Source of the DNA: Octopus sinensis
Lineage: Eukaryota
Length of the DNA: 64,000 nt
NCBI RefSeq assembly: GCF_006345805.1
Contig: NC_043015.1
Coordinates: 8,122,001-8,186,000, forward strand
Direction of reading: 5' to 3'
The notes beneath the pieces are model-generated. The model saw only the letters and a list, made by a program, of their open reading frames with translations. It was not told the origin of the DNA and did not search any database. The translations under genes and the position numbers were made by a program. Positions 26,736 to 37,829 of this stretch are shown in pieces; within the stretch, counting starts at the first letter, position 1, and the number at the start of each line of letters is the position of its first letter.

Positions 26736-27159
26736 TTATATTAACATCATGCTATATTATCATTATATATAATTTATATATGTTTTCTTTTATATGGAAA
26801 TTGTCTATCTTTTTGAACAGCCCCCCCCCAAAAAAAAGACTTGTATACATAGATATGAATTGTTCATAATTTTTTTATAAATCAAATAATGTAAATGTAT
26901 ATATATATATATACAAATGTAAATAACAGCATCAAGAACATTAATCAGCATACATTCGCAGCAACGGTCGTAACGGTCATAGAGTTGTATAAGATGGATA
27001 TCCTACAGATGTAAATGTTTGTCCCAAGCGGACAAACTGGAAAAGCTGGAAAATGTGGAGACAGACTTTACCATTCCATTAAACTTGTTGGCAGAGATAA
27101 AATAAAATGTGCGTAATAAATTACAATAAGCACAAGGCATAACGTCTGTTGGAGGTGTA

Positions 27160-27590
27160 AGACGATTACATCATTTCTATTAAAAGAACAAGACCTGAAA
27201 ATTTGGGTCAGGTGGATTCTCTGTTACATCGACCCCTGTGTGTAACTGGTATTTATTTCATTGATTTTGAAAGGATGGTAGGCAAATTAATCGCGCTGGA
27301 ATTTGAACTCAGAACGCAGAGACGGACGAAATTCCCGGTGTGCTAACGACTCTGCCACCTTGCAAACTTTATAATAATCCTTTCTGGCATGGGTACAAGG
27401 CATGAAATTTGAGGGAAGGGAGATAATCGATTACATTGGCACTGGTGTGTAACTGGTAGTTAATTTATCGACACCAAAAGCACGAAAGGCAAAATCGGCT
27501 TCGGTGGAAATTGAAATCAGATCGTAGCCACGGGCGATTTAGCGCTAAGTATTGCACCCGGCATGCTATAGATCTTGCCAGCTCCCCACC
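27160..27590 (-). mobile_element. Two degenerate SINE family A copies
   Basis: GGAATTTGAACTCAGAACG...GCTAACGACTCTGCCA and a second similar block to about 27590. Confidence 0.7.
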
Positions 27591-27928
27591 TTGATAATAA
27601 CAATGATAGGAAGAAGCGGGAGAAAGTAGGAAGGAAGAAATAGAAAAGTGGTGGACGGGGTAAAGGGGAAAGCAATAGAGGAATAGTATGAGAGAAAACT
27701 TTTAGTAGAGAAAGTTAATATAGCGAATTATGTAATAATGAAATAAAATTAAAAGAAGAAATTAAAATTAGAATACACTACTTCAAATGAATTAAATAAA
27801 TGCACACATACACCACCGCAAAGGTTTCAGTTTTGCCTTCAGGTTACAGCATTATATATTTGAAAAAAATCTAAACTTATAGAGAAATCATATACATACT
27901 TACTTGCATACACGCACACACATACGTA

Positions 27929-28004
<76 letters not shown>

Positions 28005-28900
28005 TGTTCTAACGCACTACTTATACGTACAAACACATTCTAACGCGAACACAAAGATTCCTATATATATATATATATATATATTCGAATAATCATATCA
28101 CTGCTTGCACCATTGAACTCTGAATTTAATGGTGTACATTGACAAAAACGGACCTCATTGTCGATAACATAAATCTCAGAATTCATTTCACTCTCTTTAA
28201 TTCGTATCATCAAATGGGTTGTTTAATGTTTTCACACAAGACCGACATTTTAAACTGGCGTTCTTGTAGAGATGATATGAAACAAACCCTTAATCTGCAA
28301 ATGACCAGGAGAAAGCACGTATCCACACATATTCAGAAACGTCTAAGCATACATACCAACACACATTCTCACTTACTTTCTCTTTACATATACGTGAATA
28401 TATATATATATATGTATATATATATATGTATGTATGTATATTTAAATAAGATGAGAAAATGGAGAGACAGTTAATAAAATATTATTCATTAATTAAAAAA
28501 CGCTTACAACATCTGTTCCAGCTGTTTTAATTTTAGATCTATAGTAATTACTTAATAAAAATGATAATTATTTCAATGTCGAATCTTGTGAGACATGGGT
28601 TAAACCACCTCCGACGAGATTTGACTTCAATTAATATTTAATTTAATAATTAATTTTATGAATGACTATAATTGAAACAGCTGTAAGAGATGACAATTTG
28701 TTTGAATAATAAATAATAATTAATTAATTTCTTCTCTTCTTTAAATAAATAAATACATGTAAACCACTGTTCATAGAGTTACCTCAAAGTTGAATATTAA
28801 TTGTAATGTTCAACATTCTTTTTATAGATAACCAACCAGTAATTTCGTTGGACATCACTATGCCTTAATGAGGTTTGTAACCTTTATAATTATATTTATA

Positions 28901-28967
<67 letters not shown>

Positions 28968-29147
28968 AAGAAAACCGAAAATAGAGAAGCACTGTCTTTA
29001 CCTATAAGTTATGAAATAATGTTTGAATATGTATGTCCATGGGTAAATATAGGTAATATACTGGTAGTTTAATGGATACTTCTATGCTTTAGACGGTTAT
29101 TTTAACCTCTAACTTAACTAACCGAAATATGAATATATATATATATA

Positions 29148-29227
<80 letters not shown>

Positions 29228-29518
29228 CATACATAAATACATATATATAGATGTACATATACACGTATATCCTCCGTTCGTTCTTCTTTCATCTCTCCCG
29301 CCTTCTTGTATTCCTAGTCATTTCCTTTTTACGCTTTCCCCCTTCATCCCTTCCTTTGTCTTATTTCTGTTTCGCTCTTTCTCCCACTGCTGCTTTCACG
29401 TCACCCGTGGACAGCTTTTCTTGTTTCTCACCCTTTTTCACACATATTGAAAATTCTCTGTATGTGACTGTTTTGTATCCCTTGGGATAGAATGAAAGAA
29501 ATACACACATACACCACC

Positions 29519-29749
29519 TATTTCTTTACTACCCACAAGGGGCTAAACACAGAAGGGGACAAACAAGGACAGACATAGGTATTAAGTCGATTACATCGAC
29601 CCCAGTGCGTAACTGGTACTTAATTTATCGACCCCGAAAGGATGAGGCAAAGTCGACCTCGGCGGAATTTGAACTCACAGCGTAACGACAGACGAAATAC
29701 GGCTACGCATTTCGCCCGGCGTGCTAACGTTTCTGCCAGCTCACCGCCT
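29519..29749 (-). mobile_element. Young full-length SINE family A with a perfect 18-bp target-site duplication
   Basis: TSD ATACACACATACACCACC at 29501-29518 and 29751-29768. Confidence 0.92.
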
Positions 29750-30099
29750 TATACACACATACACCACCGGCAAGCTTTCAGTTTTGCCTTCACGTATACG
29801 ACATTAGTTATTTGAAGAAAAACCGAAGCGTTACGCAACATTCATTTCTTCATTTATCCTGAGGATATATTTTACTCGTTTCTTATATTTTCCGTCCTTG
29901 TCCATTGTCTTAAATCACATTTATTCACTTTTGTATGTCCATTCCATATATATTTTATTTTTAGCTGCTCTCGGCCTTATATCCTTCGCAACTTTTGCTG
30001 GCACTGCCTGCATGGAAAGTTCTCTGTCTTATGATTAATGGTACGAAACTGAGTAATACCATATGTTTGATAACTGATAAAGAACTAGGGACCTTTTGT

Positions 30100-30380
30100 C
30101 TCTCTGCCGTCCAGTTGTACAAAGAATATACGCTATGCCGTTTGTGTATTCATTCATCTTTTTATCTTTTATTCTGCAGTCTTCAAAGTCATTGGGACGA
30201 AAAAATATGATTTCTTTAGATGGGGTCAGAGCAGTACTGGAGTAGTGTTTTTCGTCACGGACAATAGTACTGGAGTAGTGTTTTCATCACGGAGAAGTGA
30301 ATTTAGGAGGCGTGGAAAGTCTACCAGAGAGATGGAAGAGCATTGTAGAAAATAAAGGAGAGTATATTTTAGATTAAGAA
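30100..30380 (+). mobile_element. Mariner transposase C-terminal remnant
   Basis: YLLFCSLQSHWDEK (SDYHLFRSLQ-like) and GVESLPERWKSIVENKGEYILD*; internal ~30-bp duplication of AGTACTGGAGTAGTGTTTT. Confidence 0.7.
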
Positions 30381-30477
30381 ACAAACGTATAAAATACTGC
30401 ATTATATATGGGATGTCCACCCTATATATATATAACACAAAAATCTTTCGAAAATCATCTCTTCACATAATAATAAG

Positions 30478-30807
30478 TTGTTAAATACAAATCCATTTAA
30501 TTTTGTTAAAACTAACCATTCTTTAAATAATAATAGCGGAGTTATTGTTTCAGTAGACACCAAAAGCATTCGTTTTCTTAGCAGTAATTCTAAAACTAGA
30601 AACTCTATTTCTCAATGTAAAATTACTTTCGGTGCTGACGTCTTCTTTTATATACGTAATTCTTCATCTCATTTGTCCAAAAGAATTTCTAATAATTACT
30701 TTACCTTTAGGCATATCAATAAACGTAACAATACTGCGCTTAGTAAATTAATCTGGCATCTAAAAGATCATGATAAACAATTTAATATCCTAAATAAAAG
30801 ATCATAA
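30478..30807 (+). mobile_element. Penelope-like element GIY-YIG endonuclease remnant
   Basis: FYIRNSSSHLSKRISNNYFTFRHINKRNNTALSKLIWHLKD matches the Penelope pattern YIG.T...FK.R..NH..TFRH..K.N.T.LSK.IW.LK. Confidence 0.7.
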
Positions 30808-31263
30808 TAAACATTTCAATATCTTTACCGTTTGACAAAGGTAAATCTTTTTATTCGCTTCGCTTTGTAACAGTTAAATGTAATTTATCATGTTCTGAGA
30901 ATCGCCTTGTAAACATGTGTATAGCATGCGTTTATCTCTGCAAATATTGGCAGAAACATACCTTTATTTCCTATGAGTAGTTTCAACCATTCTATAAAAT
31001 TCGACCCTTCTCTGTCTTCTTACATTTCACTTCCACTAAATATATCTACTTCCATGCCTTTAAGCTATATTCTAATTCACCTATCACTCTATATCTCTCC
31101 ACAATTAGCTTTCTGCTAATTTCTTCCGCCCACTTCTCTTTCTATTAACTATCACAACGTTGAATCTACTAACGGTTTAAAGAAAAACAACCTTATAGCG
31201 TTCCCTTCATCATATACACAATTATCGTTTTCTCTTAAGATATCTTATTGTTGTACATTATAT

Positions 31264-31435
31264 ACATTATTTACATTTGACGGATACTTTTCATCAGGTG
31301 TCTTGGGGGAATTTTGAACCTGGGTTCTCATTAATAAGGTTCGAAATTTCTCTAAGACACCTGATGAAGGCTGAAGGTTATATCAGGCAAAACGTTGTAT
31401 TAACAACAACAATATCTGTCAAATGTAAATAATGT
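31264..31435 (+). mobile_element. Fold-back repeat carrying a decayed hammerhead motif (Penelope pLTR-like)
   Basis: Outer arms ACATTATTTACATTTGACGGATA / TATCTGTCAAATGTAAATAATGT; inner arms TTCATCAGGTGTCTT..AATTTTGAACC / GGTTCGAAATT..AAGACACCTGATGAA; HHR remnant 31356-31401 GACAC-CTGATGA-a-GGCTG..CAGGC-AAAA-CGTT-GTATT with G12 lost. Confidence 0.65.
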
Positions 31436-33114
31436 AAATAATGTACATACTTCCTCATCTCTTAAATATAGAACTGCAATAGTTTTATTGATGTGTTTGT
31501 TTTCTTTCTTTTCCTGATGAGGATATTGCATTGTTTTACACCAAGTTAATCCTTCTGGAATAATACCAATGTTGTCTTTGAAACACATGTGAAAGTAAAA
31601 GAATTTGAATAACAGCTGCGTTTGCCTCCATATATATATATTCTCATGCAGATATGTTTATATCTATGTACATATGCGTCTCTCTGTGCGGCTGTATCTC
31701 TGAATTATTCCGTCTCCATGTATACATATATTTCATGACTTATACATATCAGACAGAAGATTAACCAATTACTTATATTCTCAATAGTATATCCCTCTTA
31801 TTACAACTTACTCTGCTAGCAAAGAAAATTTAATCTTAGGATATATTTCCAGATTTGCACGTACTGAATTAATGATGGCTTTTTGGCAGATAAAACATTA
31901 TTTTCCTAGATATCTTACGATCAATAATAATGCTGTTTGTCCAGATTACAATCTACTTTATCAAATGTCTGCTTCATTACTGCTGACGTGTGACTAAGTA
32001 TTAAGCGTGTAAAACTAAATTTCAAAGCTGTCTCATTTTTATCATGTTCTTGTTTAGTTTTGAGTATATAAATTGTATAACAATTACATCAAAAGCAGCA
32101 AATGAACTTTCGAAGAACACACGTAAAATGTTTTAATTTTAATTAACTTGAATGATACATTGTACATTATTGTATTGCTGATTGAAGAATGTGTCAAGTC
32201 GGTGAGCGTTTGATCGTCATTGATTAAGTCTACGTAAGGAAGCTGACCTTATGATTTTCATCACGAGTAGAAACCTATCGCTGTCATTGTTTATTAACAC
32301 ACCGTCTTGTATTGTTCTACTTCAGTTAAAACTCGTCATTTTATCTTATATTACAAATGCAAAGAGAGCGGTGAAAGAGTTTGATGCAGCCGAGTGAGCA
32401 AAAACATAAGAAAGGTCATGACATGATGGACTGCGCATCTTACTCGTTGAGTGGATGCAGCATCGTTTAGAGTTTTGTGAGGATTGCCCTGAAGCCATTC
32501 ATCTATCAGTTTGGTTGATGACATGAAATAGATTATAGGGTGAACAAGACAGAAATAACTGAGAACAAATGATTTACGCGTTGGTCAAAGTCGTACCAAA
32601 CCCTGTATGTGGCACAGGAATATGACTCTGTAGGAATTTAAAAGAATGTTTTTTTGGGATGACATGTCAAAGTTGTTTCGGGTACAAATGCTGACTTTCA
32701 GCACTGAATTCAACACGAGACTACAGTTGATAGAAGCTACTTTACTCTTCGTAGTCCGTGTAATTCTGGGATAGTTCGATGAGTACTAGATGACGTTTTC
32801 CGTTTTTAGAATATGTAGCGTGTGAGTCAATGGATGTAGTGGAGGCGTTGAGAGGAAGGGAGAAGGAGAGCTTCGATAGGTGTGACCTTGGGAGTTGTGT
32901 GCATGTTAATTATCATTATTTTTCTGCTGATAAGCGAAACGCTGAGAGAATCATTAGCACGCCGGACGAAATGCTGCTGGTGTTGGTGTTCTCCCAGCAT
33001 TCGCTAATTTTGCTGTTCCCGTTATTGATGATGCTGTTGTTGCCGTGATAATTCGGTGCCTCCGAACTCACTATCAGAGCTAAGTCGTACAGTCTCCTCC
33101 ATGACATTTAGAAG

Positions 33115-33490
33115 GACGAATATCGAAGTGCGTCTTTGAGATCAAAATTTCCATTTTTGAACTTGGCATAACAATCACGAGCCGTTCTTTCAGCTATTGT
33201 CACCCTTTCCATACGCAGCAGAAATGTCGCGAGCAGCTTTTACGGCTTTAGAAACTTGATTAAAAGCAAAAAAGAAAGAGGTATCGAAAATGCTCGTTTT
33301 CCTTTAACTTGACATTCCATTTTAATGATCCGAAAAAAAAAATGTTAACTAAATGTATCTAGAAATAAAAACAAAACAAAATAAATTCCGGAATGATTCA
33401 AAAATAGAATTCTTAACGAAATAGATTCCGAAATTTAAAAACGCAATTGCAAAATTTGAAAAAATGGCGGGAACTTAGTGGCCGTCCCAA
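33115..33490 (-). mobile_element. Mariner element 5' end (TIR and transposase N-terminus)
   Basis: Minus strand TIR TTGGGACGGCCACTAAGTTCCCGCC after TA; MECQVK...IAERTARDCYAKFKNGNFDLKDALR with frameshifts. Confidence 0.8.
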
Positions 33491-33519
33491 TATACATATT
33501 CTTTACTGTTTTATACTTT

Positions 33520-33720
33520 CCAGTTATTTGTATACTACCATGATGGAGCACCACCTCAAAGGATTTTAGTCGAAGAAATGGACCCCAGAACGTATTATTT
33601 GTAAGCCTTCTACTTATTCTATCTGTCTCTTTGCCGAAACGCTAGAAAAAAGGGACATAAGCTCACCACCATCGGTTGTCAAGCGATGATGCTGGATACA
33701 AAAAGACACAGACACACACC
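33520..33720 (-). mobile_element. Degenerate SINE family B tail
   Basis: CCATGATGGAGCACCACC...TTAGTCGA...TCTTTGCCGAAACGCTAG. Confidence 0.65.
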
Positions 33721-35260
33721 CATAAATATATGTGCATCTAAATAACATATTTTCTTTATATTTTTATGTAGTAATCGAAGGAAGATCTAGCTTTTTTATG
33801 AGTGGTTCGTCTACATAACCATTAATGATACAAAGGCTGGGATCCTTTTTCAGTCCGGGAGTGAATTGTCATCACCTGTCACTAAGTCGCAATCACATGT
33901 CATATAGATGCAAAAGAATGCTGTATCACCAAGAATGATGTGATTTCTCTAAGACATCACGCAGTAATTTATCAAGTCCATTTATACATTTCCATCCCTC
34001 ATGTTATGACTACATCGTAGATGGGTAGATTTACTCGTAAAGAGAAGTAGCGGAACATGAAAGTCTTAAAAAAATAAATACCGGTGAGACACAATACGGA
34101 AGATTTTTATGGGTTTCGGGAGAAAATTTATTACATGGTGTTGGGATTAACTTTGAGGTGAATGCGAAAGTCGCATCAAACAGAGGGTAGAAGTTAAAGT
34201 TTCTACAGAGAACTAATGATATAGGTTTTCATATCTGCCGATTATAATACTTGATTAGGGTAGATGAAGAAAAAAAAACACATAAATGCTTTGATTTTCG
34301 ATGAAAGAACCAAGCAAATGCATTCGCATTCTCTGAATACAAACGATTAGTGGTACTGTAAGGATGTAATCGTTTCCGATTTTGGGATGCAACACAGGTA
34401 CCCTTTCATAATTACATTTGTAATACAATCTGACAAAAGCACTTAAACGCATAAATTTTAAAGATGCACTAACACTTTTGTACTGATTTCATGTACCTCG
34501 GCTGCAGGGGTGGAGATTTATCCAAATTTAAACACTAACACGCACTTACGCGCTCACACAACACACACACACAAACACACACATACACACACAAGGTCAC
34601 ATAGCCAAAAACACGCAAACACATGCGCGCAGGGCTAGTAATACAGATATCCATAAGCCTTAACACATATCTTGATATAGGAAACGAGTATCTTGACTGT
34701 GTGATCGACTTGCAATGTGGGCGGAAAAGGTTGCCATGGAAAACTGCATACATGCATTTATTCACGTATATATGTGTTTTTATTTGCATATATATATATA
34801 TGTATATATATATAGGTGGAAATTACAAAAAGAAAAAGAAAAAAGAACAACAAAAGGAAAGAAAATGACTTTGCGTAACAAAAATAGCGCTGGGTAAGTA
34901 ACGAAGTCTTACGTTATACATATATGAATATATATATATATATATAATATATATATATAATAAAAATGGTAAATAATTTTCCTGTGGTTTTTCATGTAAC
35001 CAACAATTATTTACCGGTAAATTTCGGTATGTAAATACGACAAAATAATTGTCAAGACCTTTGTAAGGTTCAGTATATAGTAAAGAAAAATAAGTTGGCT
35101 AGCAGCAAGCTGTTTCGCCTCATACCGAAGGAATTAGAAATGGCAGTCAAAGACCGTTTTTTTCCATTTCTATAAGTGGAGATTCCAAAAACGAAGGCCC
35201 TTGCGGCTCACATATGCAAAACCGGAGTGGCAAATATACGAATTCAGTCACTTACCGTTA

Positions 35261-35322
35261 ATAGCGAACACGGTGTTTCTGGATCACAAACAGGGGAGTT
35301 TGAATTCCGTCATCAGCGCTAT
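35261..35322 (-). ncRNA. Minimal type I hammerhead ribozyme motif, array copy F1
   Basis: Reverse complement of the motif described for R1. Confidence 0.65.
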
Positions 35323-35873
35323 ATTCGTTAGCTTTATCAAATGCCACCAGCCCTCACTTCTGACCCAGCGACATCAGATAGTGGGGGGAAGTGCGCAGAT
35401 GTTAAAACAAGTAACGACTGGGAACGTAAATTTTCCCTCCAAAATTCCGCCATGCGCGCCTTCTGGGTAATCGTAATGAATGAGGAATCCACATGGTAAT
35501 ACAATAAAAATGGTAAATAATTTTCCTGTGGTTTTTCATGTAACCAACAATTATTTACCGGTAAATTTCGGTATGTAAATACGACAAAATAATTGTCAAG
35601 ACCTTTGTAAGGTTCAGTATATAGTAAAGAAAAATAAGTTGGCTAGCAGCAAGCTGTTTCGCCTCATACCGAAGGAATTAGAAATGGCAGTCAAAGACCG
35701 TTTTTTCCATTTCTATAAGTGGAGATTCCAGAAGGCGCGCATGGCGGAATTTTGGAGGGAAAATTTACGTTCCCAGTCGGTACTTGGTTTTAACATCTGC
35801 GCACTTCGACCCCACTATCTGATGTCGCTGGGTCAGAAGTGAGGGCTGGTGGCATTTGATAAAGCTAACGAAT

Positions 35874-35935
35874 ATAGCGCTGATGACGGAATTCAAACTC
35901 CCCTGTTTGTGATCCAGAAACACCGTGTTCGCTAT
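35874..35935 (+). ncRNA. Minimal type I hammerhead ribozyme motif, array copy R1
   Basis: Stem I ATAGCG/CGCTAT; CTGATGA 35880-35886; stem II CGGAATTCAAAC tcccct GTTTGTGATCCA (closing C.A mismatch); GAAA 35917-35920; near-palindromic stem III ACAC-c-GTGT; GUU triplet with predicted cut after 35929. Confidence 0.65.
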
Positions 35936-36415
35936 TAACGGTAAGTGACTGAATTCGTATATTTGCCACTCCGGTTTTGCATATGTAAGCCGCAAGGGCC
36001 TTCGTTTTTGGAATCTCCACTTATAGAAATGGAAAAAACGGTCTTTGACTGCCATTTCTAATTCCTTCGGTATGAGGCGAAACAGCTTGCTGCTAGCCAA
36101 CTTATTTTTCTTTACTATATACTGAACCTTACAAAGGTCTTGACAATTATTTTGTCGTATTTACATACCGAAATTTACCGGTAAATAATTGTTGGTTACA
36201 TGAAAAACCACAGGAAAGTATTTACCATTTTTATTGTATTACCATGTGGATTCCTCATTCCATTACGATTACCCAGAAGGCGCGCATGGCGGAATTTTGG
36301 AGGGAAAATTACGTTCCCAGTCGTTACTTGGTTTTAACATCTGCGCACTTCCCCCCACTATCTGATGTCGCTGGGTCAGAAGTGAGGGCTGGTGGCATTG
36401 ATAAAGCTAACGAAT

Positions 36416-36477
36416 ATAGCGCTGATGACGGAATTCAAACTCCCCTGTTTGTGATCCAGAAACACCGTGTTCGCTAT
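36416..36477 (+). ncRNA. Hammerhead motif, array copy R2
   Basis: Identical to R1; core at 36422. Confidence 0.65.
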
Positions 36478-36960
36478 TAACGGTAAGTGACTGAATTCGT
36501 ATATTTGCCACTCCGGTTTTGCATATGTGAGCCGCAAGAGCCTTCGTTTTTGGAATCTCCACTTATAGAAATGGAAAAAACGGTCTTTGACTGCCATTTC
36601 TAATTCCTTCGGTATGAGGCGAAACAGCTTGCTGCTAGCCAACTTATTTTTCTTTACTATATACTGAACCTTACAAAGGTCTTGACAATTATTTTGTCGT
36701 ATTTACATACCGAAATTTACCGGTAAATAATTGTTGGTTACATGAAAAACCACAGGAAAATTATTTACCATTTTTATTGTATTACCATGTGGATTCCTCA
36801 TTCCATTACGATTACCCAGAAGGCGCGCATGGCGGAATTTTGGAGGGAAAATTTACGTTCCCAGTCGTTACTTGGTTTTAACATCTGCGCACTTCCCCCC
36901 ACTATCTGATGTCGCTGGGTCAGAAGTGAGGGCTGGTGGCATTTGATAAAGCTAACGAAT

Positions 36961-37022
36961 ATAGCGCTGATGACGGAATTCAAACTCCCCTGTTTGTGAT
37001 CCAGAAACACCGTGTTCGCTAT
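36961..37022 (+). ncRNA. Hammerhead motif, array copy R3
   Basis: Identical to R1; core at 36967. Confidence 0.65.
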
Positions 37023-37502
37023 TAACGGTAAGTGACTGAATTCGTATATTTGCCACTCCGGTTTTGCATATGTGAGCCGCAAGGGCCTTCGTTTTTGGAA
37101 TCTCCACTTATAGAAATGGAAAAAACGGTCTTTGACTGCCATTTCTAATTCCTTCGGTATGAGGCGAAACAGCTTGCTGCTAGCCAACTTATTTTTCTTT
37201 ACTATATACTGAACCTTACAAGGTCTTGACAATTATTTTGTCGTATTTACATACCGAAATTTACCGGTAATAATTGTGGTTACATGAAAAACCACAGGAA
37301 AATTATTTACCATTTTTATTGTATTACCATGTGGATTCCTCATTCCATTACGAATACCCAGAAGGCGCGCATGGCGGAATTTTGGAGGGAAAATTTACGT
37401 TCCCAGTCGTTACTTGGTTTTAACATCTGCGCACTTCCCCCCACTATCTGATGTCGCTGGGTCAGAAGTGAGGGCTGGTGGCATTTGATAAAGCTAACGA
37501 AT

Positions 37503-37564
37503 ATAGCGCTGATGACGGAATTCAAACTCCCCTGTTTGTGATCCAGAAACACCGTGTTCGCTAT
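37503..37564 (+). ncRNA. Hammerhead motif, array copy R4
   Basis: Identical to R1; core at 37509. Confidence 0.65.
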
Positions 37565-37769
37565 TAACGGTAAGTGACTGAATTCGTATATTTGCCACTC
37601 CGGTTTTGCATATGTGAGCCGCAAGGGCCTTCGTTTTTGGAATCTCCACTTATAGAAATGGAAAAAACGGTCTTTGACTACCATTTCTAATTCCTTCGGT
37701 ATGAGGCGAAACAGCTTGCTGCTAGCCAACTTATTTTTCTTTACTATATATAATATATAATATATATAT

Positions 37770-37817
<48 letters not shown>

Positions 37818-37829
37818 CATATTTATGTA

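Larger units (their letters stand above)
34959..37750. repeat. Young ~544-bp tandem array with an internal inversion (retrozyme-like or Penelope pLTR-like)
   Basis: Forward F1 34959-35502 and partial F2 35503-35730; reverse R1 35728-36235, R2 36236-36778, R3 36779-37320 and partial R4 37321-37750; copies differ mainly by 1-nt indels; both ends lie in (TA)n. Confidence 0.95.

Noticed and set aside
26960-27115. Short ORF MFVPSGQTGKAGKCGDRLYH... with Gly periodicity
   Set aside because: Only 33 aa and three G-x-y repeats, with no credible splice context
28510-28695. Diverged fold-back with GAAA-CAGCTG-TA (stem III-like palindrome)
   Set aside because: No catalytic core or stem I partner found upstream
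34816-34899. 78-nt open segment ending in a strong donor (GCTGG|GTAAGT)
   Set aside because: The upstream AG sits in a (TA)n tract with no polypyrimidine tract and the sequence is low-complexity poly-A; cannot be supported without RNA data
36135-36200. Second hammerhead-like geometry in the array unit (ACAAT...CGAAA-TTTACCGGTAAA-TA-ATTGT)
   Set aside because: GAAA, a palindrome and stem I are present, but the CUGANGA position reads TATTTTG; at most a fossil
36798-37232. The 90-158 aa ORF repeated in each array unit (ASSKLFRLIPKELEMAVKDRFFHFYKW...)
   Set aside because: No recognisable domain, start codons differ between copies, and 1-nt indels shift the C-terminus; recurrence only reflects near-identity of the DNA copies
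34959-37750. CRISPR-like or phage-like interpretation of the repeat array
   Set aside because: Units are 544 bp with no unique spacers, there are no cas genes, and the context is eukaryotic
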